Source: Candidatus Saccharibacteria bacterium UBA2951 (GTDB taxonomy: Bacteria; Patescibacteriota; Saccharimonadia; Saccharimonadales; Saccharimonadaceae). From it: a stretch of DNA of 64,000 nt. Every line of letters begins with the position of its first letter. Position 1 is the stretch's first letter. Below, piece after piece: positions 9,498-16,795 of this stretch. Position numbers and translations under genes: made by a program. The notes beneath the pieces were generated by a model. It made no database searches, was not told the origin of the DNA, and saw only the letters and a list, made by a program, of their open reading frames with translations. The stretch covers positions 12,268-76,267 of the forward strand of contig DEBR01000003.1 in assembly GCA_002348615.1 (NCBI GenBank), given 5' to 3'.

Positions 9498-9713
9498 ATG
9501 GTACAAGTCACACGTAAAGACGAGCGCGAAGCAAACGAAAACGTTATTCGCCGCTTCAACCGCAAGGTATTGCAGAGCGGTGTGTTAAGCACTGCCAAAG
9601 CAAGCATGCGGTTCAGCAAACCTATCAGCAAAACCGAACGACGCAACAAGGCGATCATCCGTAAAGCCCGCAAGGCTGACAAGATGGCCAAAATGCGCCT
9701 TGGAGTACGCTAG
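9498..9713 (+). CDS. rpsU: 30S ribosomal protein S21
   Basis: 71 aa, basic. VIRRFNRKVLQSGVL...ERRNKAIIRKARK is typical bS21. Confidence 0.9.
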   Translation: MVQVTRKDEREANENVIRRFNRKVLQSGVLSTAKASMRFSKPISKTERRNKAIIRKARKADKMAKMRLGVR

Positions 9714-10169
9714 TTGGCTCTCGCTGAAACAATCCAAAACGATTTGAAAGCCGCTTTGTTAAGCGGCGATCGTTTTAAAGGGGACGTTTTGCGCAGCCTG
9801 AAGGCGGCGATATTGAACGAAGAAGTAGCCTTAGGTAAGCGTGATACCGGCTTGCCTGACGAAGAGATTGAGAAAATCGTGGCGAAGGAAGTCAAAAAAC
9901 GTCAGGAAAGCGTCCGGCTATACGAAGAAAACGACCGACCGGAGCTCGCCGCGACCGAAAAAGAAGAAATCGCTGTGCTGGAAACATATTTGCCTAAGCA
10001 GCTGAGCGAAGCGGAAGTTACTGACATCGTGACGCAGACAATCGATGAGATGGGCGCGACAGGTATGCAGTCGATGGGGCTTGTCATCAAGGCCGTCAAA
10101 GATAAAGTCGGTAATACCGCCGACGGCGCCATGGTCGCGAGAGTCGTTAAGAACAAACTACCTAACTGA
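9714..10169 (+). CDS. GatB/YqeY domain protein
   Basis: 151 aa. LAETIQNDLKAALLSGD...LRSLKAAILNEEV. TTG start abuts the rpsU stop, the usual rpsU-yqeY pairing. Confidence 0.85.
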   Translation: MALAETIQNDLKAALLSGDRFKGDVLRSLKAAILNEEVALGKRDTGLPDEEIEKIVAKEVKKRQESVRLYEENDRPELAATEKEEIAVLETYLPKQLSEAEVTDIVTQTIDEMGATGMQSMGLVIKAVKDKVGNTADGAMVARVVKNKLPN

Positions 10170-10184
10170 TACAATAAGAAGCAT

Positions 10185-10739
10185 ATGATTATATTCTTTG
10201 GACCGACCGGCGCCGGAAAAAGTGTGCAAGGTCAAATGATCGCTGCCAGGCATGATTGGGACTGGCTTTCGACCGGACAATTGCTGCGTGACAGCAACGA
10301 CCCGACAATCATACAAATATTGAAATCAGGTGACCTGGTGAGCGATGGCGTAACGTATGATGTCTTTCATAAGGCGATTCAAGAGGCGAAAGACGAGGGG
10401 TTCTCGAACGTCATCGTCGATGGATTCCCCCGTACCAAGGCGCAGGCAGAGTGGCTGTCGAAGTACATGGACATGAACGGCGACAAGATAGATCTTGTCA
10501 TCGTGCTTGAAGTCCCGGAATCGGAAATCATGAAGCGACTCGAACTTCGCGGTCGCATGGAAGACACGCCGGAAACGATTGCGAAACGTATGGCGATTTA
10601 CCGACAGAAGATGTACCCGGTGCTTGGGTTGTTCGCCGAGCAGCACATTAAGATCGTCCATATCGATGGTACCGGTACGGTGGGCGAAGTCCACGACAAA
10701 ATCCAGGCAGAGATAGAAGCCAGCGGATTAGGGTCATAA
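10185..10739 (+). CDS. adk: adenylate kinase (short, Cys-free lid)
   Basis: P-loop GPTGAGKS. LSTGQLLR and DGFPRT motifs. Confidence 0.9.
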   Translation: MIIFFGPTGAGKSVQGQMIAARHDWDWLSTGQLLRDSNDPTIIQILKSGDLVSDGVTYDVFHKAIQEAKDEGFSNVIVDGFPRTKAQAEWLSKYMDMNGDKIDLVIVLEVPESEIMKRLELRGRMEDTPETIAKRMAIYRQKMYPVLGLFAEQHIKIVHIDGTGTVGEVHDKIQAEIEASGLGS

Positions 10740-11500
10740 TGACGCAGCCGAAAAAAAGTCCTGAACAAATTCAGGCAATGCGCGAAGGTGGCCGTATACT
10801 CGCGACAATTTTTGATGGCCTCCGTAAACAACTCAAGCCTGGCATGACCGGAATAGAGGCCGATGCGTGGGTGGATAGCGAAATAAAACGGCACGGAGCC
10901 GAAGCTACCTACAAGACTGCCGAAGTCGGATTTCCGGCTGCTATCTGTATTAGCGTCAACGACGCTATTGTGCATGGCGTGCCAACCGACGAGCCTTTTA
11001 AGACCGGTGATATCGTCGGGTTCGACCTCGTCATTACCTACAAAGGTATGAAGACTGATTCAGCATTTACTGCCGTGATTGGTGATGAACCTGGTGGCGC
11101 GGTCAAACATCTGCTTAAGAACACCGAGCGGAGCCTGTATGCCGGCATCGACGCCATCAAAGGCGAGGGAACGCACATCGGCGATATTTCGGCAGCCGTT
11201 GAAAAAGTGCTGACGGACGCTAATCTTGGAATCGTGAAAGAATTGGTCGGACACGGTGTCGGCACAAGTATGCATATGCCTCCGGAAGTACCGAACTATG
11301 GAACGGCTGGAACCGGACCGACGCTCAGGGTGGGTGACACGATTGCGATCGAACCGATGGCGACGCTTGGCGACGGACGGGTGAAGGGACCTTTGGACGA
11401 CGACTGGACGTACGCGAGCCGAGACGGAAGCCTAACGGCACACTTTGAACACACCGTGCTCATCACCGAAACCGGTGCTGACATTCTAACTACTTTATAG
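10739..11500 (+). CDS. map: type I methionine aminopeptidase
   Basis: Metal-ligand blocks FDLVITYKGMKTDSAFT, GHGVG, IEPM, FEHTVLIT. TAATG overlap with adk. Confidence 0.95.
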   Translation: MTQPKKSPEQIQAMREGGRILATIFDGLRKQLKPGMTGIEADAWVDSEIKRHGAEATYKTAEVGFPAAICISVNDAIVHGVPTDEPFKTGDIVGFDLVITYKGMKTDSAFTAVIGDEPGGAVKHLLKNTERSLYAGIDAIKGEGTHIGDISAAVEKVLTDANLGIVKELVGHGVGTSMHMPPEVPNYGTAGTGPTLRVGDTIAIEPMATLGDGRVKGPLDDDWTYASRDGSLTAHFEHTVLITETGADILTTL

Positions 11501-11513
11501 TTTTTGGCACCAA

Positions 11514-11522
11514 TGCTACAAT
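11514..11522 (+). promoter_or_regulatory. extended -10 box (TGCTACAAT) 7 nt upstream of the ftsA ATG
   Basis: TGCTACAAT at 11514-11522, ATG at 11530, no Shine-Dalgarno in between. Confidence 0.45.
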
Positions 11523-11529
11523 CAAGCTT

Positions 11530-12789
11530 ATGCAAGAAAACTCTCGATATGCCGTAGGGATTGACATCGGTACGTCTACCATCCGGTGCGTCGTGGGACA
11601 TATCGATGGCGAAGGTGGAAACCCGACCATCGTCGGTGTCGGCTCAGCGCCGAACGCCGGCATGCGAAAGGGTGTCGTGGCCAATCTTAGCGGTCCGGCA
11701 GCGGCAATCGACACCGCTCTAGGTGAAGCCGAGCGGATGAGCGGCTATCAGGTAGACTACGCGACCATCAGTATCAATGGTTCGCACATCGTCAGTGTCA
11801 AAGCCGACGGCATGATAGCAGTGGGCGCTATGGATCACGAGGTCAACCGTGACGACCTGCTTAGGATCGAAGACGTTGCGACCGTTGGAAAAGTTCCGGC
11901 CAACCGCGAAATCCTTGAGGTCGTGCCGCATAGCTACCGTCTGGATGGACAAGATAATATTAAGGACCCGCTCGGTATGACCGGAACCCGGCTTGAAATC
12001 CGTGCCAACGTAGTATCGGCGCTTGCGCCGCACCTGCATAACCTGCAAAAAACGGCTGAAATGGCCAAGGTAGACGCGCACACTATCATACCAAGCGTAC
12101 TGGCTGGTGCTAAGGCGGTACTTAAAGAACAGCAGATTGAGAATGGTGTCGCCGTGATTGATATGGGCGCCACAACTACTGGGGTCGCAGTGTTTGAAGA
12201 GGGTGACTTACAATACGTTGGCGTCGTACCAGCCGGCGGCGCGAACATTACGAACGACCTCGCAATCGGCCTCAAGACTGACCCCGAAGTCGCTGAAAAG
12301 GTAAAAGTCGGCCATGCTATCGCTACCGGCCGAGGCTCTGTCGAAGGTATCAGTATCAAAGACGGCGAAGAAATCCATACGTTCAGTACGGCGGATATCG
12401 ACGAGATCGTCGAAGCAAGGCTTGAAGAAATTTTTGAAGCAGTACAGGGCGAGCTGAAAAAAGCCGGCCGTGCCGGACAGCTGCCAAGCGGCGTCGTGCT
12501 CATTGGCGGCGGCGCTAACATGAAAAAAATCGCCGATTTCGCCAAAGAAAAACTTGGCCTTGCCGCCCGTGTCGGTCATGCTGCGGGGCTAGGAGGGGCA
12601 GTCGAAAACATTGAACAACCCGAGTATGCAGTCGCTTGCGGACTTATGCTCGTAGATGGTGGGAATATTTCTGATAACAGGGGTAAAAATGGTGCTCATT
12701 CGGCTGGTCGCGGTTCAAAGGCCGCCAAAGATTCCCTGAAAAAAGCGAGCAATGGCGCTCGAAAATTCCTTGGCCGATTCAAGGTTTAA
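11530..12789 (+). CDS. ftsA: cell division protein FtsA
   Basis: Actin-like ATPase motifs GIDIGTS and LIGGGANM. Sits immediately upstream of ftsZ. Confidence 0.9.
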   Translation: MQENSRYAVGIDIGTSTIRCVVGHIDGEGGNPTIVGVGSAPNAGMRKGVVANLSGPAAAIDTALGEAERMSGYQVDYATISINGSHIVSVKADGMIAVGAMDHEVNRDDLLRIEDVATVGKVPANREILEVVPHSYRLDGQDNIKDPLGMTGTRLEIRANVVSALAPHLHNLQKTAEMAKVDAHTIIPSVLAGAKAVLKEQQIENGVAVIDMGATTTGVAVFEEGDLQYVGVVPAGGANITNDLAIGLKTDPEVAEKVKVGHAIATGRGSVEGISIKDGEEIHTFSTADIDEIVEARLEEIFEAVQGELKKAGRAGQLPSGVVLIGGGANMKKIADFAKEKLGLAARVGHAAGLGGAVENIEQPEYAVACGLMLVDGGNISDNRGKNGAHSAGRGSKAAKDSLKKASNGARKFLGRFKV

Positions 12790-12880
12790 TATTCTTGTTC
12801 AAGGGTGATATACTTGGAATGAGCAAACATTTTGAATAGGGAAAATGAAAGATTTTCAGTAGGAAAGTGGGTAGTGATTA

Positions 12881-14086
12881 ATGCCTGAAGTCAAACCAAG
12901 CGAAATACAGACATTTGCCAGCATAAAAGTAGTTGGTGTTGGTGGCGCCGGAGGCTCGGCCGTCAACCGCATGAAAGACGCGGGACTTCAGGGAGTCCAG
13001 TTCATAGCTATGAACACGGACGCGCAGGCGCTTCATAACTCGAAAGCGGATGTAAAGATTCACCTCGGTAAGGACGCTACCGGCGGACTTGGAGCCGGTG
13101 CTGATCCTGCGGTCGGCGAGCAGGCGGCCATGGAGTCACGGGAAGACATCAAGGGTGCACTTGAAGGCGCCGACATGGTCTTCGTAACCATCGGTGCCGG
13201 TGGTGGGACCGGTTCTGGAGCCGGTCATATCGTGGCCGAAGTTGCCCGTGAACTTGGAATACTTGTGGTCGGTGTTGCCACTAAACCGTTTAGCTTTGAG
13301 GGCGAAAAACGCCGTGTGAATGCCGATTGGGCCGTCGCGCAGCTTGGCCGTCAGGTTGACACCATGATTACCATTCCAAACGACAGACTCCTTCAGACGA
13401 TAGACCGACGTACGCCACTGCTTGAAACGTTTAAGATCGCCGATGACGTGCTACGCCAGGGTGTGCAGGGCATTTCGGAGCTGATTACGGAGCACGGACT
13501 GATTAACCTGGACTTCGCCGACGTAAAAGCTATTATGAGCAACGCGGGTTCGGCTCTTATGGGTATTGGTCGCGCCAGCGGTGATGACCGTGCGTCTCAA
13601 GCCGCTCAGCAAGCCATTGAAAGTCCGCTTATCGAAGTCAGTATCGACGGCGCCAAGGGCGTGCTATTTAATGTCACCGGTGGCTACGACATGAGCATGA
13701 GCGAAATCCAGGAAGCGGCCGAAATCATTACTTCTGCAGTATCTCCGGACGCCAACATTATCTTCGGGGCTACTCTTAAACCTGAACTGGAAGACGAACT
13801 GATTATCACCGTCATCGCGACCGGTTTTGACAGCGCTTACTTTGAAGAGCAGGCAGCGAACATGAGCATGCCGAACCCTTCGGAAGCGAAACCCGGCGTG
13901 ACAGGAACGGAAGTCGACGAGAAAATGGTCGAATCGGTTAATCTTGAACTCGACAAAGAAGACCCGGCAGCATCATTCGCCGACGACACGCCGGCAACTG
14001 ATATCTGGAACCAACCGGAAGAAGACGAGGACGACACGCCTGCATTCTTGCGCCGTCGCAAAAAGAAGAACAACGATAAGGAATAG
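12881..14086 (+). CDS. ftsZ: cell division protein FtsZ
   Basis: Tubulin signature GGGTGSGAG, NTDAQAL, acidic C-terminal tail with a basic end. Confidence 0.97.
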   Translation: MPEVKPSEIQTFASIKVVGVGGAGGSAVNRMKDAGLQGVQFIAMNTDAQALHNSKADVKIHLGKDATGGLGAGADPAVGEQAAMESREDIKGALEGADMVFVTIGAGGGTGSGAGHIVAEVARELGILVVGVATKPFSFEGEKRRVNADWAVAQLGRQVDTMITIPNDRLLQTIDRRTPLLETFKIADDVLRQGVQGISELITEHGLINLDFADVKAIMSNAGSALMGIGRASGDDRASQAAQQAIESPLIEVSIDGAKGVLFNVTGGYDMSMSEIQEAAEIITSAVSPDANIIFGATLKPELEDELIITVIATGFDSAYFEEQAANMSMPNPSEAKPGVTGTEVDEKMVESVNLELDKEDPAASFADDTPATDIWNQPEEDEDDTPAFLRRRKKKNNDKE

Positions 14087-14100
14087 GAGGCTTGTAGTCT

Positions 14101-14550
14101 ATGCCAGCCCCGCTGAACATCGGTGACAGCCGCGTCCTGGAGTCGCGAGAGGTTGGTGATGGCAAAACCATCCGCCGCCGCCGTGAGACACCTGATGGAC
14201 GCCGTTTTACGACCTATGAGCGGATAGAAAAGCCGAACCTGGCCGTGATTAAAAAAGATGGCTCGCGAGAACTGTTCGATCGCGACAAGCTGGCCAGTGC
14301 CATTAAGCAGTCCGTAGGAAAATTCTTTTCAAGCGAAGTCGAAGTCGAAGAAATCGTAACCGACGTTGAAGATGCGATTTATAACATTGGCGATAGTGAA
14401 GTATTTTCTAAACAGATCGGCGCCATGGTGCTCGACAAGCTTGAGGAGCGCAACCAGGTGGCGTATGTGCGATTCGCTAGCGTCTTCCATGATTTCAAGA
14501 CGCTCGATGACTTCGTCGAGATACTCGCTAAGCGCCAGAAGAAAAAATAA
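14101..14550 (+). CDS. nrdR: NrdR-family transcriptional repressor (ATP-cone) lacking the zinc-ribbon cysteines
   Basis: RRRRE..RFTTYER plus ATP-cone (KKDGSRELFDRDKL...VAYVRFASVF). GGAGG upstream. In-frame TAG at 14095 excludes a longer N-terminus. Confidence 0.85.
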   Translation: MPAPLNIGDSRVLESREVGDGKTIRRRRETPDGRRFTTYERIEKPNLAVIKKDGSRELFDRDKLASAIKQSVGKFFSSEVEVEEIVTDVEDAIYNIGDSEVFSKQIGAMVLDKLEERNQVAYVRFASVFHDFKTLDDFVEILAKRQKKK

Positions 14551-14807
14551 TGAAGGCCGTTATTATTTATAGACCGGAAAGTGACCACGCCCGCGCGGTC
14601 GAGGATTATCTGCGAGATTTCTCGAGACAGACCGGGCGCGAACTTGAAACCATGGACCCAGACACCTCGGATGGTGCCGAATTATGCCGAGTCTACGATA
14701 TCGTTGAATACCCCAGCGTCATCGCGTTATCTGATGACGGCCAGTTGCAGAATAACTGGCGCGGTCTGCCACTACCAACTATTTCCGAGCTAAGTTACTA
14801 TACATAA
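14550..14807 (+). CDS. small thioredoxin/glutaredoxin-fold-like protein without a CxxC motif
   Basis: 85 aa. Beta-alpha-beta start MKAVIIYRPESDHARAVEDYL, where redox-active homologues carry CxxC. EYPSVIAL resembles the cis-Pro loop. TAATG overlap with nrdR. Confidence 0.5.
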   Translation: MKAVIIYRPESDHARAVEDYLRDFSRQTGRELETMDPDTSDGAELCRVYDIVEYPSVIALSDDGQLQNNWRGLPLPTISELSYYT

Positions 14808-14808
14808 T

Positions 14809-15438
14809 ATGAAACGATTTATCGACTTTTTCCGACACGAAGACAAAAAATTACGCGATAACCGCTGGATTTTCGCCAGCATGCTCGTCGGGTCGATACT
14901 AAGCCTGATAGCTTCGTTCGTGCTTAGCCAAGAGGCGATCCAATTGGCCAAAAATCCCGACGCGCCACTGTCATGCAGCGTGAATATCGTGCTGAACTGC
15001 GCGACGGTCGCGAACCATCCGACGGCATCGATGTTCGGATTCCCGAACAGCTTCCTTGGGATGATGGCCGAGCCTGTCGTGATTACCGTGGCGATCGCCG
15101 GTCTGGCTGGCATTAGGTTTCCACGGAAGTTCTTGTACGCCGCTGAAATCGGGTATACGATCGGGCTGCTTTACGCTCTGCTTCTGTTCGGTATCAGCTT
15201 CTTTGTCATTCAGGCGCTATGCCCGTGGTGCCTGTTGGTCACGCTCACGACTATCCTGGTGTGGTTTGCGATGACCCGGTATAACATTCGCGAAAATAAT
15301 TTGTATTTACCCAAAAAACTCCAAGCAAAGCTGCATGCGTACGTTGAAAAAGATTACGACAAGCTCGTCATGTTCGGATTAATCGTCGCGCTAATCGTCG
15401 CGATCCTGGTGAAATACGGCGATGGTATTTTTGTCTAA
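14809..15438 (+). CDS. vitamin K epoxide reductase (VKOR) family membrane protein
   Basis: Loop cysteines CSVNIVLNC and the membrane CPWC redox motif. Several TM helices. Confidence 0.8.
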   Translation: MKRFIDFFRHEDKKLRDNRWIFASMLVGSILSLIASFVLSQEAIQLAKNPDAPLSCSVNIVLNCATVANHPTASMFGFPNSFLGMMAEPVVITVAIAGLAGIRFPRKFLYAAEIGYTIGLLYALLLFGISFFVIQALCPWCLLVTLTTILVWFAMTRYNIRENNLYLPKKLQAKLHAYVEKDYDKLVMFGLIVALIVAILVKYGDGIFV

Positions 15439-16327
15439 AATTTCTAAGGTAAGTAACCAAACGGCCGCGTTAATCGTATTCGTTGCTTGGTATTTGTCGG
15501 CGGCAGTCACGACACTCTTCGTTACCGGGTTTTTTCAGAGGATAGCGCTGCTAATGACCTGGATGTTCGCCTATGTACTGGTGTTCATGACAGCCGCTTT
15601 CATCGTGTCTTGGAAGCTTAAACGCACCGACATCGTTGACATCGCATGGGGGCCGGCATTCGTCGTTGCCGCGGTCGCAAGCTTTCTGATGAACAGCTAC
15701 GACCTTCCTATCGGTTTGAACGTACAGACGCTTGTGACCGTCTTGGTTATCCTATGGGCGGCTCGGTTAAGCTACGCCATGTGGGGACGAATCAGGAATC
15801 ACTCCGAAGACAAGCGCTACCAGCAACTTCGCCGCACCTGGAAGGGCAACCTGGCGCTTAATACCTACCTCCGCATTTTTGTCGTCCAAGGGCTGCTGGC
15901 AACGGTCATTTCTATCGCCGTCATCCACATAAACACTTCGCTTCCGACACCGCTCGATACGTTCGCGTACGGCGGCCTGGCCATCTGGCTTATCGGTTTT
16001 CTGTTTGAAGCAGTCGGTGATTTGCAGCTGAAACGGTTTCTGGCGAATCCAAAGAATAAAGGCAAGCTGATGACCGAGGGGCTCTGGAAGTACACTCGCC
16101 ATCCGAACTACTTTGGCGAAGCAACCATGTGGCTCGGTATTTTCATTATCGCGCTCTCGACGCCGTACGGCTGGGTCGCCGTCATCGCGCCGGTGCTCAT
16201 CATGTACCTGCTTCTGTTCGTGTCAGGCGTGCCGCTTACGGAAAAATCATTTGAATCCAAGCCGGGCTGGCAAGCATACAAAAAACGCACCAGCAAGTTC
16301 GTGCCGCTGCCACCGAACCCTGAATGA
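15422..16327 (+). CDS. DUF1295 / steroid 5-alpha-reductase-like membrane protein
   Basis: Polytopic. GLWKYTRHPNYFGEATMWLG motif typical of the family. Confidence 0.75.
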   Translation: MVFLSKISKVSNQTAALIVFVAWYLSAAVTTLFVTGFFQRIALLMTWMFAYVLVFMTAAFIVSWKLKRTDIVDIAWGPAFVVAAVASFLMNSYDLPIGLNVQTLVTVLVILWAARLSYAMWGRIRNHSEDKRYQQLRRTWKGNLALNTYLRIFVVQGLLATVISIAVIHINTSLPTPLDTFAYGGLAIWLIGFLFEAVGDLQLKRFLANPKNKGKLMTEGLWKYTRHPNYFGEATMWLGIFIIALSTPYGWVAVIAPVLIMYLLLFVSGVPLTEKSFESKPGWQAYKKRTSKFVPLPPNPE

Positions 16328-16338
16328 TTCGTGTGATA

Positions 16339-16367
16339 TTGAATCTCCCGCCCCTTAGCGGTACAAT
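16339..16367 (+). promoter_or_regulatory. sigma70-like promoter of the ileS leader
   Basis: TTGAAT (16339-44), 17-nt spacer, TACAAT (16362-67). Confidence 0.65.
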
Positions 16368-16375
16368 CTAAGTAA

Positions 16376-16557
16376 TCCGCCGAGAGGCTATCAACCTCGA
16401 ATTCATTCGAATGCGGAGCGGGAAGAACCGCCCTTACGGCTTAGTAGACCCCGCCGCGAACGCTGCGACAAAGCGATCAAATAAGTGCTAAGAGTCCTTT
16501 CTTAGAAACCGGATGGTACCTCCCGCATAGGGATCCGGTGTCGAAGAAGGGATTTTT
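16376..16557 (+). promoter_or_regulatory. T-box-like leader RNA (Ile specifier candidate)
   Basis: Helix CCGGA/TCCGG (16509-13/16534-38) around the 7-nt bulge UGGUACC (16514-20) and inner helix UCCC/GGGA. This matches the canonical antiterminator and the T-box sequence GGNUGGUACC. AUC followed by A sits in a 7-nt loop closed by GAGG/CCUC (16384-98). U-run at 16553-57. Confidence 0.65.
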
Positions 16558-16570
16558 AATTGGAGAAAAT

Positions 16571-16795
16571 ATGACAGAACAATACGTACCACCATCCGAC
16601 CCAGAACGCGAACGAGCCCAGGCATTCGTGAATGTCGTCGAACAATACCTACCGGATGACAAAGAGTTCATCTTGGATATGGATGAGGAAGAAGCGCTGG
16701 GTTACGTGTACGGTATGTTGATTGAAATGGGTGAAGACCCGGACGTAGTGCTCCGCGAATTCGGTGTGACAGAGGAGGGTGATGATGAAGTTTAA
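16571..16795 (+). CDS. hypothetical small acidic protein between the T-box leader and ileS
   Basis: 74 aa from the ATG with GGAG 6 nt upstream. Its stop overlaps the ileS start codons. Confidence 0.45.
   Translation: MTEQYVPPSDPERERAQAFVNVVEQYLPDDKEFILDMDEEEALGYVYGMLIEMGEDPDVVLREFGVTEEGDDEV

Noticed and set aside
11934-12545. 203-aa minus-strand ORF (and the 12208..12579 ORF) inside ftsA
   Set aside because: Fully antisense to a well-supported FtsA CDS. Low-complexity Ser/Pro/Ala-rich translation typical of antisense frames. No Shine-Dalgarno or promoter.
16538-16570. GTG start at 16538 for the small ORF downstream of the T-box (85-aa version)
   Set aside because: That start lies within the 3' strand and outer helix of the leader structure and has a poorly spaced AGGGA. 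The ATG at 16571 has GGAG at a 6-nt spacing.
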